DNA from: the human T2T-CHM13v2.0 reference genome, Homo sapiens
Assembly (NCBI RefSeq): GCF_009914755.1
Contig: NC_060947.1
Length of the DNA stretch: 64,000 bases
Direction: 5' to 3' (one strand)
The translations under genes were made by a program, and so were the position numbers. The notes under the pieces are model-generated. The model made no database searches. It was given only the letters and a program-made list of their open reading frames with translations, and was not told the origin of the DNA. Shown here piece by piece: positions 30,236 through 46,168 of the stretch. The first letter of the stretch is position 1, and each line of letters begins with the position of its first letter.

Positions 30236-31744
30236 TTTCTGGTGTCATGGCATAAACTGGTTAATATTAATTACTGGGCCCCAGAATTTCTTACTTCGTA
30301 TCTTAGCTGTATGCTTTTGAAACCTTTTCTTTTATTTTTTACTGGTTCATTGGGAATGCATTGGTAAGTCTGACTTATCATCTAACACCCTAAATTTTAC
30401 ATTGAAGCACAGTAAAGGCAGATTTTGATTCTTACGATTTTGGGTATATTCTTGAGAGGCTTGGTTTCAGACCCAGACTTGTTTTTTTATTTGAAAAATA
30501 CCACTGGTTTAGAACATTAAAAAAGTCTCATTATCCTTGGGATGAACTTTCTTCTTTAGTGTTTAGCATATTTTTTTCTGTGTAGAGATCTTGTTTATAT
30601 ATTGTTTTTGTTTCAAATACTTTGGTGCCTCCCCTTCCCACAGAAAATTTTTCCCTTTTCTGATTAACCTTCTCTTAGAATTTCTGCTAACCATATGTTC
30701 TACCACCACAGAACTAATATTATATACATTCTTCTTGGCATAATTTAGCTATGAATAACTTGGTAATATACTGGCTTCCTTGGGAAACAAAACTTTCCCA
30801 AAGTGACCCAATTAATATCTTTCCATTCACTTCCCCTCTGCTTCTACTTTCTTCATTTACCATCTGCAGGTTTTCCTTCTGCTTCCTACAGTCCTTTAAT
30901 GTTTCCCTTCCAACTGCTACCTCCCACATTCCTTATTTTATTCCTGTCAGCATTTTTTTTTCCATTCCAGCTTCTCAATTTGAGCTATTCACTTTAACTT
31001 TATGCCCCTGCCTATATCAGGGGCTGACAAGAAACTCACAGAACAAAAAATCAACAAATTGAGTCTTGAAAGGCTGATTGGAAATAATGGGCTACATATT
31101 TTATACATTTATCTATGCTTTGAAGACATCCATACAGCTGCTTGGTGCTTCATCAATCATTCACCTACAATTTATTTCACAACTTCTACAACATTTTATA
31201 TCAGGACAAAAAAAATTTAAAAATTCCCTCACAAATATTGACAGAAATATATAGTTCTTATATTAATCAGGTAATCTCAATTGGTCCAATCTTTTAAAAA
31301 TAAAATTTGGAAAAACATATCAAGTGAGAAGAAATGAGAGGCAACTATTTTATATAAACCAATGATATTTATATCCTCGTTTATGCCTAAATATGACTAA
31401 AATTTTAGAATAAAAGTTATAAGATCTCTATTGGCACATTTCTCTATAAATATGTATGGATGTGTGTACTTGAATTTTTGTGTGTGTGTATATATGTATG
31501 TTATGTACATGTGATATTTTATTACCTCAGGATATTATAAGTTAATTAATTTATAAAATTATTTCAAGGAAATCTATGTAATTATAAGGGCTTATATAAA
31601 TTAAATATTCCAAAATCTCTCTGAAATAAACAAATTTATTTTCAATTTTTTTAATTTGAGTAAATATTTGGCAAACAAGAAGTGTTTAATTTTTTTCTTA
31701 AAAAAAACAGATATATTTTTTAGGTATTTTTATTAAGTATGATA

Positions 31745-31824
31745 TTAGTTTGGTGCAAAAGTTATCACAGTTTTCACCATTACTTGTAGGGGCAAAAAAT
31801 GTGATAACTTTCATGCCAACATAA
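31745..31824. mobile_element. MADE1 (Hsmar1-derived MITE)
   Basis: 80-bp palindrome ttagtttggtgcaaaag…ctttcatgccaacataa flanked by TA. Confidence 0.85.
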
Positions 31825-32957
31825 TAGATGCATATATTTTTATTTTACTTAATTATATTTGTCAAAAAAGCTAGTATTTTTGTCTAAAAGTTGTTTAAGA
31901 TTATTGAAATTATAAAATTTATTTTAATGAAGTTAGTGTATTATTCTGACAAACTTTATTTCAGGAAAAATTATGTGCCATAACATGGCTACTTAAGGGT
32001 ATTTTCCAAAATCTTTTTAATAAAATGCTACATAAGGCCTATGCTGAACTAAATAATAGATGTTCATTATATATGTAATCAGTTTTAAGTAAGATAAACT
32101 ACTAAAATATTTATTACTGATTCAGAATGTTTCATTATCATTTTGGCCAGCTGGAGCCAACCAGTTGGCAGTGCCCTTGCCCTGCCTCAGCCTGTGGCTT
32201 TGGGGCTGTCCCAGCCCTGCCACCTGTCATGTGAGGTGGCTGCCCACCACTGGTGGAGGGCAGAGGGACATAATGTTACAGCCTACTCTGTACCCATGTT
32301 CAACAGGCCCGAGCATTTGTCCTACATCCAAGAAGAGAGAGGATATGCTGACAATCGAAGAGGAGAGTGAAGAATAATTTTATTAAGTGATGAAACAGCT
32401 CTTGGCAGTGATGGCATGTGAGAGTAGCCAACAGCACAGAGTCAGGGGGTTTTTCCTCCCAGTGTGTCTGAGTCTGCTGCTTTTATTGGCTCAGTATAGG
32501 GGATTGCATGCTGATCAGTTTGTGAGTATGCAAATAAATTTAAACAAAGGTGCCACTCAAAGGTGGGCATGACAATGTAAAAACCAATTAGAGAAGGGTA
32601 GCTATATGTAAAATAAGTGAAGGGTGGGAATCAATCAGATGAAAGCACACCAAACAGGAAGACAGGTTCTTAATCTGGTCGATGGATTTGACTTGTAGCT
32701 TGGCTTTCAGGCTTTGAATTGTCTTTGGCTTGAAGGTGTAGCTTCAATGGGGACCTATCCCTATCTTTTTAGGTATTTCTCTGCCTCTTGCCTCTATCAT
32801 ATCCTCCTCTGAAGAGCTACATCTAACTACTATTAGGATAAGAACAATGACCAATCTTAACTTCTTCCTGCTGACAGGGGGCACTGTTTTGGGAAGAAAA
32901 GAGTCAGATTTCTCTCACAGGCCTATCTAAAGGTCCCCAGAAAAAGGGAGACATTGT

Positions 32958-33078
32958 TCAAGGCTCTGGTTGCATGAGGATTTGGGGCTTGATGACCTGA
33001 AGGTGATAAGAGACAAACTGATTTATTAGAAGACATGGATTGAAATGGAACAAGATGGTAAAGACAGCCAAAAAATCC
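32958..33078 (-). pseudogene. env transmembrane/cytoplasmic-tail remnant
   Basis: Minus frame reads FLAVFTILFHFNPCLLINQFVSYHLQVIKPQILMQPEP*, resembling the class I HERV env motif …FGPC…FVSSRLQAIKLQM; lies just upstream of the PPT. Confidence 0.6.
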
Positions 33079-36000
33079 TGAGCCTGCTGACATGACAAGG
33101 CAAATAGTGGCTATAGTTATGCCTGCTAAGATTTGGGCATCCAGGGTTTGGCTTTGGTCAGCTCCCTTGGTCTTATTTTCCCAAACTGATACCTCCAGAT
33201 AATACACACCCCATTTACCCTTATCACTGGGCAGGATTTGCAGGATAATTACCCAGAATTAGAATATCAGTCCAGATTTTTACATTACTCATCCCTATTT
33301 TGTCTTGTGACCTGCAGCCAGACATGACTGGGGTGTTTACAGAAATAAGCATGGTTATTCTAAAATGCAGACAAAAACTTATAAACAACTAATGAAACTA
33401 GAGTTTAATAACAAGTATATGATAAGGTTTGAATCATAATTTTTCTCTCTCCAGTCCTCATTTTTGTTAAAGACAAATCATAATAGGACTGAATTGCTTG
33501 CAAAATAAAATTTAGTCTTATACTTGACCCGGTTATTTGCATGAAGTACAGTAAAAAACAATTATTTTCACATAGGCTTTTTAAATTGGCTCTGATGGCA
33601 CACTGTTCCATAGGGAATCTCAGATAAGACTTTTTAAAGCCAAGCCCAGCCATGGCTTCTACCTATGAGTTGGGTAAATTCCTCTCTTGTTGAGGTTCCA
33701 ATATAATTTGAGCTCCTGAGTCTGTTAGAAAGTGGCATTCTTTACTCAACACAGGTTGGAAACCTTCTACAGGGACTGCCTAGACAAGCTATGAGGCCAG
33801 TTTTCCAAAGGGATTTATTGGCTCTCCAAATCAAGCTTGATTCCTTAAAGGAAATCATGCTTCCAGTCAAAGCCTCGCTAAAACAACCAGTTTCTCCAAT
33901 TGCATCCTCTTGCAAAAGAAAGTGGGCTCTTATTGCACTTATGCAAATAATTATATTGTCACAAATTTATAATACTCACAAATAGTTTCCAAATGTTGGA
34001 AAAATCAAGTAGAGAGAAACAAATATGCTCCAAATTTTGTTCACAGAGAGTATATTTCACTAAATTTTTAAAAGATGTAAATAGCTCAAAAAACAGTTTT
34101 CTTGACTCCAAAAAACAAAGAATCATCAATGTTTTAAACAAAAAGGTCAAAAAGATTATTTCAGACTTTTATTAGTTCAGTCCATGCAGTTAACTTAGGC
34201 TCTGCTTGATATTCATGAATGTTTCAGCTCCTTAAGAGTCCTGAAATGTTTTCCTTTATTCCAATGTCATAATCTCCAAAGTTATAAGAAACCTGAATTT
34301 AAGGGCACCTGTTAAAGTTATATAGCTGACTATAAACTATCTTTTGAAGAGAATCAAAACATGAAAACAACTGTCTGTGAATGACAAAATGTCCACCATA
34401 GTTGTAGTCAAAAATGCGATTGACAAACAAATTTGGTTATTTCTGTGGTTTATAACAACTTAACATAATAACCATAATTATGATTGATAGCATATACTCA
34501 GATATTTGAGTTTTAAGAATGCCATATAATTTTGAAACATATATTAATATTATCCAGTAAAATATAACCTGGAAAAGATTAAACATCATTTTTATTTTGC
34601 CAATCCCATGCAACTAAACATGCCAAATAATCCTGTTACCTCTCTTTTGGATGCCTTGGGGGTCTCTGTAGCATCCAAAAGTTAGGGGTCAGAGAAGATA
34701 ATTTTGAACTTGAAATTTGATTTGTGGAAACATATCAAACATGTTAATGGTTTAAAACACTTTGATATTATCAAATAGAATTTTAGGTTACCATAAGTTG
34801 TTTAATTGGCCAAAAGGATGACTAACTTTTTTAAAGGCAAAAACCTCCACTCATTAATAAAGAAGACTTAGCCTTCCAAACCATTTTTGTCTTGTGTTTT
34901 CCTTCCTTTCTTTGGTAGTTTTTTTGCAAAGCAAGCAAAAATCTCTCATTATCCTTGAATGTTACATGAAAATCTTATTCAAGAGAGAGAAAGCTAAATT
35001 TTACCCTTGCATTAGTTTACTATTAATATCAATCTCAATTTTAAAAATCAAATTTTATGGACAAATCTGTCAAATTATAATCAGTTTGACCATCAGATGA
35101 GATTCTTATAAACCTTTTATACCCTTTAAAATTTTTTGATAAAGAGAAGCACCTTAAGAAAACTTTCTTATGCTTTTATTTCAATACTCAATTTCTGGAA
35201 AAAAACAAAACCATTTTGAATTTAGTTAATGTGTTCACACACAGAATTAATTTTACAATATTACTTTTATAAACCTTCCACAACTTGTTTAAACCTTAGC
35301 TTTACCTTATCTAATTTAGAAAAATTCTTTAATCCTCTAACTTAGGCAAACATTTACACTCCCCTGTAGTCTTAAAATCTTTCATTAAAATCACATTTTA
35401 CTTTTCTTAGACACCTTGCATGTACATCTTATTTCAGTAGTCTCAATTACATGTTATAATGGTAACTCTTAACAATTTTTAATTTTTATGTAAAACCTGG
35501 TAAGTTATTTTAGGTTGTACTAGGCACAGATAAGGTCTGACTCTTTTTACCATAGAGATGTGGTCAACTTGATATGTCCCCAGGCCTTACCAAACTGTGA
35601 AGCAGGCAAGTCAAACAATTTTTAAAATCTCAAAGAGCGGTATATGACCTTAAAGCATTTAAACACAATATATGACCTGCATAATTTAGACCATATGTTT
35701 AGATTTTGATGACATTTTTATTTTATTAATGATTTTAAAGCTTTTTTTAGTTTTTAAAGATTAAAGTAATATGAACTAAAAGAAATTATAGCTTTTATTT
35801 TTCTAAAATTATTTGATCTAAGCACCCATTTTTAAGATGATTACTTAGAGCTCTTTTGTATAAACATCACACACATAAAATATATATAACTATACAGACA
35901 AAAGAATCACTAGTTGTAAGATTTTTTTTCAATATTCTAATTGGATTATTGGCCTCAGGGTGGAGCCCTTCATGAAACAGGGCTAGGAAAGCATGTGATT

Positions 36001-36367
36001 TAACAGAGCCTTAGATTTTGATAGGGATCCATCTGCTTTTAATTCCTGGGGTTCCATGAAGAAAACAGAGATTTTTCTAATAACAGGGTCTGTGGCACCT
36101 TATCTGTTTTCCCCAAGCAGTCCCAGGCTATAAGAAGTTATCTTAGGACCTCTTGTGTGTGCATTAAGAATGGCAAAGCAAAATAAAGAAAAATAATTTG
36201 TTGACTGAGAAGAAGAAAAATAAACTTTTTTCCAGAAAAACAAGATCTAAGGAAAGAGAAAAAGATATAAAGGCCTTTTAAATATATATCTACAGCTCAG
36301 ATATTCACTTTGAATTCAACTGTGTTTCAATCATAGCACTCCTTAAAAAAATTTTTTCAAATTTCTT

Positions 36368-36671
<304 letters not shown>

Positions 36672-37353
36672 TCAAATTTCTTATTACTCAACTTTAGCTA
36701 TTCCAAACAGTCAATATTTCTGGGTTTTAAACGTTACCAAAAGTAACATCACAGGTGAAACCAACATGCTTTAACAACTAAGGTTATGACTTAACCACGA
36801 GTGTATGAGGTATTTTCAAACAGGAGGTAGGCAGTTTTTACAAAATCTAGATTATTTAAAAGTAGCTCAGGAAATGGAAGATTTAAGAAGGGAAGATAGA
36901 AGCTGTTCATGGAGAGAAAGAGAATCAGCAAATGGTAAAAGTCACAGAGTTATTTACCAGAAAGTACTCATCCCCTAAGCCAGGATTAAACCTGAGCCAC
37001 CATTATAAAAAGGCAGAGACCAGAAGAAAGTACTGCCATCTGATTACAAGGTCAAGCTCCCAAAAAAGTAAAACAAGATGGAGACATCACCATCCATTTT
37101 TTTTCTCCTCAGAGACATGTGGCAAAGTTTATAACTGACTGGTTTTCTCAGCTGGCTTGAAGAACAGACTTATGTGGTTCTAAGCCTGTGTTTTTTTTCT
37201 AAGATATTTCTTCTTATAACAGAATGATACAGAAAAACACAGAAACCACACCAGATTGGCTACAGCTTAAGACTAGCCTTATAAATCTTTTTTCAATTAA
37301 TTAAAACTGCAGAGAATATAAACAGTGGTTTGTATTATTCATTCAACTGGTTT

Positions 37354-37357
<4 letters not shown>

Positions 37358-37386
<29 letters not shown>
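37358..37386. repeat. (AG)n microsatellite
   Basis: Perfect run of ~14 units. Confidence 0.95.
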
Positions 37387-37388
<2 letters not shown>

Positions 37389-38694
37389 AGAAGTCTGACT
37401 GGTTAAAACTTATACCCTTTAGCTGCCAAGTCAGGCTTCTGGGTTCCCTTCCCCTGAGCTATAGAGCCCTATCTACCCTTAAGTCCTGTGAAGGGGAAAT
37501 AGACAAAGAGGGTATTTTCATACTGTAAAAGTTGTCCTTCCTCAGGAGATTGCTAAGTTAGAATTGTAATTTCCTTTGTAATTTCTTCCCAGTTTATTTT
37601 TTAAGCCAAGCAGTTTAAGGTTTGGGAAAATTAAACTTTTTCTAATTTGGGAAATGCATATGAGGGAAGTGTCCTGTGATACAAAAATAGCTGAAGATGG
37701 TCAGTTACCCATCTGGACAGAGGCAAAAAAAAGGTATAATTTAGATATTTTCCTTCCCAGCAAACATCCAGGGCATGTGAGAGAGAGAGAAAAAAAGACA
37801 TACCTTTTCTTTCTTCCATCTTTTTTATTTCTGAGCACCTATAACCTTGGCAGGTACTGCCCATGGATATCAGTGTGGCCCTCATCCATGTAGTAGATGG
37901 TAGGTCACTTACGTGCTGGTAACACAGCACATAATATCGGTAACCTTTGAGTTTCCTTGACCTCATCTATGCTGTGGATACTAGCATGACCTCTATCCAT
38001 GAAACAGAGGGGCAGGGTAACTGGCAGAAATTAATCATACTCACCTATACTTTGCCCCTTGACTTCTGTTGTCTGCTTTTAGATCTCTCAGATCTAGTTT
38101 TTATTTTGATGACTTCAACCCAAAGCTTGGGATTTAGTTTTGGACAAAAAGATGCATCAGGAAGGTGCATGGACTCATTGAATTAAGTCCCAGGTGTCCC
38201 TCACCAAATTGCAGTCAGAAACTGGTAAAGCAGCTCCTTTGCTATTTCCCTATTAGAAGCAGGCTGCTGATGTAGAGCTGTGGAACCATGTTCTCTTTTT
38301 AACAAGGAGAGAAAGTGATTCCTGAGAATTGGGACCTCACATAGAAAAGATCCCTGTATTCACAGGACTATGTGAATTTCTGACATTTTGGAGAAAAAAA
38401 AACAGCTGAAGTGCAGGGAGAAGAAAAGATGCCTGGGAAAAAAAGCTTCTTGCTCTATGCAAGTGGGTTCCTTCAAAAAAGAAAACAAAACTTAATTGCT
38501 GCAACCACTTGGCCTCTAAGGATAGATAGAAATCACATTTTTAAAAAACAGCATATCTGAAGGCTAGGACAAATGCTTATTCTACCCAGTAATATTTTTG
38601 TAGTTTGCAACAACACCCTTAATATTGTATATAAATAAGAGATAGGTGCCATTAAAAAAAAAGAAAAAAATGCTATATAAAAGACTGAATTGGA

Positions 38695-38985
38695 GATGAG
38701 GTGTGGTGGCTTATGCCTGTAATCCCAGCACTTTGGGAAGCCAAGAAAGTTAGATCACCTGAGGCCAAGAGTTCAGGAATAGCCTGGCCAAAATAGTGAA
38801 ACCCTATCTCTACTAGAAATACAAAAATTAGCTGGGTGTGGTAGCACATCCCTGTATTCTCAGCTACTTGGGAGGCTGACGCATAAGAGTCATTGAACCT
38901 GGGAAGCAGAGTGCAGTGAGCCAAGATTGAGCCACAGCACTCCAGCATGGGAAACAGAGTGAGATTCCATATTTTTTTAAGAAAG
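38695..38985 (+). mobile_element. AluS-like
   Basis: Dimeric Alu; TSD aaaagactg(a/g)attgga at 38679-38694 and 38986-39001. Confidence 0.92.
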
Positions 38986-40336
38986 AAAAGACTGGATTGG
39001 AACAGAGTAAACACTTGCGACCCCAAGGGCAATGGGGGGTGGGCAGGTGGCAGCCTCCTCTACATCTGTGCCATTTATACTGAATAGGCTAACACAGACC
39101 TGGTGCCCCATCTGTTTTGAGAAAAAGTCTTAGGATGAGAAGGCTTGGAAATAAATGTGAAAGAGGCTTTGGGTTTGCATTTACTCACCCTTCCTCAAAT
39201 CCCAGTTAAGTACCCAGAAAACGATGCAGGATTTTTCTTGATCACCTTGCCACCTGGAGACACCTGGCCAGCAAGTTCTCTGCCCAACCTTGGCCTATGG
39301 TTTCAAGGCTGGCTCATCCCTGCTGCCTGTTGTGTGGGGTGCTGCCCTTCGCTGGTGAAGGGCAGAGGGATATGATTATACAATCTTCCTGGTACACACA
39401 TTCAGTGGGTCTTCAGCTCTTGTCCCACCTCCGAGAAGAAGGAGGATATGCTGACAATAGAAGAGTGAGCAGAGTAAAGAATAATATTATTGAGTGATTA
39501 AATAGCTCTTGGCAGAGAGGGGATGCAAGGGTGGTCAACAACCCAGAGTTGGGTTGTTTTACTTCACAGTGTGTCTGAGTCTGGGACTTTAATTGGCTCA
39601 GAACAGGGTAGTGCATGCTGATTAGTTTGTGAGTATGCAAAAAAGTTAAAACAAAGGCACCACTCAAAGGTGGGCACAACAGTGTAAACAACCAATTAGA
39701 GAAGGGTAGGTATATGTAAAATAAGTGAAAGGTGGGAATCTATCAGAGGAAAATATGCCGAATGAGAAGACAGGTTCTCAATCTGGTCCATGGATTTGAT
39801 CTGTAGTTTGGCTTTCAGGCTTTATGTTGTCTTTACCTTGCAGGTGGGATTTCACTGGGGACCTGCCCCTATCTGCCTAGTCATTTGTCTCCCCCCTGCC
39901 TCTATCGTTACTAAGCATAAGATTATATACATTTAGTTGGTTTCTTATATTTACATGCTGCAGAGATCCTAAATAATTTTGAATTTACAAATAAATATTT
40001 TCCCACATAGAGAAATTATACTGTAAGAAAGCATATACATATAAAAAGTGAAATGGCATACTCATATAGTTTGCTACACTGCTACTGAATGCAGGTATAT
40101 GAGAGATATTTTACAGTTGTATGTTTTCTAGTTTTCTCTATGAATTAAATGTTACAAATAGTAAGAATTATAATCAATGTTTAAATAAAACTACTAGAAA
40201 TAATAAGGGGAAGGAAATAACATTGTCTAAAATGTTTGCAAAAAATGTATGATGTGTCTTTTATCAGAGAAAAAGAATAATTTTATTATAAGGTAAAATA
40301 ACTATTCTAGAATAAGAAAAAATATACAGGACAAAT

Positions 40337-42743
<2,407 letters not shown>

Positions 42744-42939
42744 TAATAAATATGGAAAGTTGTGAAAAGCATGTAAAGTGAATTTTGTGTTGTTTAAACA
42801 AACAAACATTACATAAATTTATGAGATTTTTACATGAGTTTTAGTATTACAGTACTACATTAAGACAAAACTACAATTTTGTTTTCTCACCATTAAAAAT
42901 GCAAACTTTCCTTATATTATTAGTTTAGTCTTCTTTTGT

Positions 42940-43205
42940 CTTTTATTTAATTATTTATTTTTAAATGTTATAGATACATACAAGTTGTACATATTTGTGA
43001 GGTATGTGTGAAATTTTGATATAGGCATACAATAGGTAATAAATCAATATGATATGGAAATATTTATCACCTCACATAAATATTATTTATATACTTTGGA
43101 AACATTCCAAATTTTCTATTTTATCTATTTTTAAATGCACAATAAATTATTGTTAACTACAGTCTCCCTATTGTGCTGTTAAACAGTAGATCTTATTTTT
43201 CTATC
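42940..43205 (-). mobile_element. L1MA 3' UTR (continues at 62112-~62195)
   Basis: Antisense L1MA 3' end; the text …tcttatttttctatc resumes as …aattttgtaaccattaaac after the MER4 3' LTR. Confidence 0.7.
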
Positions 43206-43341
43206 TGTAAAAAAAAATCTTGAAACCTCAATTTACAATCCTCCCAAAAAAAATTTAAGCTGAAATCTCATTCTTACAAGGAACCACCTTTCTTTTTGTT
43301 TTTAAGCAGATAGCTACAGATCAAAAGTAAAATATTTCCAC

Positions 43342-44471
43342 TGGTCCTGTTTGTCAATTTTGGCTTTTGTTGCAATTGCTTTTGGTATTTTAGTCATCAC
43401 GTCTTTGCCCATGCCTATATCCTGAATGGTATTGCCTAGGTTTTCTTCTAGGGTTTTTATAGTTTTAGGTTTTACATTTAAGTCTTTAATATCTATCTTG
43501 AGTTAATTTTTGTATAAGGTGTAAGGAAAGGGTACAGTTTCTCTTTTCTGCATATGGCTAACCAGTTTTTCCCAGTATCACTTATTAAATAGGGAATCCT
43601 TTCCCCATTGCTTGTTTTTGCCAGGATTGTCAAAAATCAGATGGTATAGATGTGTGGTGTTATTTCTGAGGCCTCTGTTCTGTTCCATTGGCCTATATAT
43701 CTGTTTTGGTACCAGTACCATGCTGTTTTGTTTGCTGTAGCCTTGTAGTATAGTTTGATGTCAGGTAGCATGATTCCTCCAGCTTTGGTCATTTTGCATA
43801 GATTGTCTTGGCTGTATGGATTCTTTTTTGTCGATGATACAGAGAAATAGGAAGACTTTTACACTGTTAGTAGGGAGTGCAAATTATTAGTTCAACCATT
43901 GTGAAAGACAGTGTGGCAATTCCTGATGGATATAGAACTGGAAATACCATTTAATCCAGCAATCCCATTACTGGGTATACACACCAAGGATAATAACTCA
44001 TTCTACTATAAAGACCCATGCACACAAATGTTTATTGAAGGACTATTTACAATAGCAAAAAATTGGAACCAGCCTAAATGCCCTTCATTGATAGAAATAC
44101 ATCATGGAATACTATGCAGCCTTAAAAAAAGAATGAGTTCATGTCCTTTGCAGGGATATGGATGAAGCTGGGAAATATCATCCTCAGCACACTAACACAG
44201 GAACAGAAAAACCAAACACCACATGTTCTCACTCATAAGTGGGAGCTGAACAATGAGAACACATGGACACAGGGAGGGAAATATCACACACTGGGGCTTG
44301 TCATGGGGCAAGTGGAGGGAGGGCATTAGGACAAATACCTAATGCATGCATAGCTTAAAATCTAGATGATGGGTTGATAGGTGCAGCAAACCACATGTTT
44401 ACCTTTGTAACAAACCTGCATGTTGAGCACATGTATCCCAGAACTTAAAGTAAAATTAAAAATATAAAAAT
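43342..44471 (+). mobile_element. Twin-primed (5'-inverted) L1PA7/8-like
   Basis: Antisense ORF2 piece at 43342-43830 joined to a sense 3' end at 43831-44471; TSD aaatatttccac. Confidence 0.9.
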
Positions 44472-46168
44472 AAATATTTCCACAGCTAGCTACTCCATGT
44501 TCACCTTCTACTAGGCAAAGTGCAAATTTACTGAGCACAAGATGAACATATTATTGACTATTTCCCTGCCTTCTCATTTTCTGTGGCAAAATGTTCATTA
44601 GTGTACTATCCTTTCTTTCCCTCCAGCCCACTTATTTATTTATTTGTTTTCTGAAAACAATTACCTGATGTTCAGGAACTCCCCCCTCCATAGAATCTCT
44701 GATATCCCCAAATTTGTTTGAGATCTAGGGTGTATTTTGATTTACAATTTCTTTTTTGGAGTTTTATTCACTTCCAAGAAATAAGTTGAGTTTTCCTGCT
44801 TTAATGGTGATGAAGGGCAGAAAATTCATTGCTGCATTTCAGTTCACTTTCAGTAAAGAAGGTAAGTTTGTGTTTCTTCTTGCTTCTAAAATGTAAAAAA
44901 GTTAGACTTTAGCCTGGGTCCTATTTTTAGGTAAGTTGGGATTTTGTTTTGAAAATTTTCATTAATGACTAAAAGTTAAGATTGTCAACTAGATGGTTTT
45001 AATTTCTCTTTACATTCAGGGTACCCGATAATTATACTGTTTTTGTATTTTTTGTTGTTGTTTTAGTTTTTCTTTCATCAGATTTGACCAACTCTACCCA
45101 ATTAAGACAAATTGAAAGAAGAATTCCAAATTATGGGAAACAACACTTCTGAATTCACTAAAATTCCTCACAGCAGCAAAGAAGAAAAAAAGAGCCAAGA
45201 TATTTGGTTTTTCTATCTCCTAGCTTTCTTTATAAAATTGTTCTTTTGTTTCTTTTTCTTCCACCTTACTCCTTCTTCCCCTTTTGCTATCTTTGGTTCC
45301 AAGTAAAAAAAAAAATCTAGAAAAGGCTTCTAATGATTCAGATTCCTTAAATAACTCAGAATAAGGACATTACTTACACTTTTTGGGGTGTTCTGATTAT
45401 TTTGTGGGGTTTCAAGAGTCATGAGTGGATTCATCTCAGGTGTAAAGCTCTTTCTTGTATTGCATTACCACTTTGACTTTTGAAGTTACCAGAAATTATC
45501 TCTTATACTTTGAGAGAATTTGAATTTGGTGTGTATAATTGTGTACAAGAGCTACAATATTAGGGATCATTCAGAAAAATTTACAGAAAATTGGCATTAC
45601 CACAGAGGGCTACTCATTTCTTTGTATGTTTAGATAAGAAAATTGTGCATCTTTTTGGCCCTTTTCCTTAAAGGGCTTCATTCTAAAGTCAGTAATATTA
45701 TCAAGCAAAGTCGAAAATACCACCTATCAAACTAAGTCACTTTAATATAGCCTTTTTGTAAAGGAAATTTACATCTTTAAAGGAAATCTCCACTATTTAA
45801 GGGCAACTCTTTCTCTTCATCTAAACCACTAGGAATTTCAACTAGAGGGGAAGAAAATGTTAATGTAACAGACCACATCTTTGTTTAGACCTATGTCTGG
45901 GTTTTTGTGATGTATATTTTCCACTATGCTTCACCAAAATCATGCCTTTGGAGATACAATGTTAGAGTTGCCTTGTTTTCAATTGTTTGGAACATAAAAC
46001 AGATAACCAAGAGATTAATTATCTAAGATAAAGAAAAGAAAATTTTTGTAAACAGGCAAATGAAAATTTTCGTGTCTATATGATTTTTCTTTGTCTGGGC
46101 CTGTTATGTTTATTGTTCATATATGCCATATGAAAATAATAATTTAGTACCAGTTGTATAAACAACTC

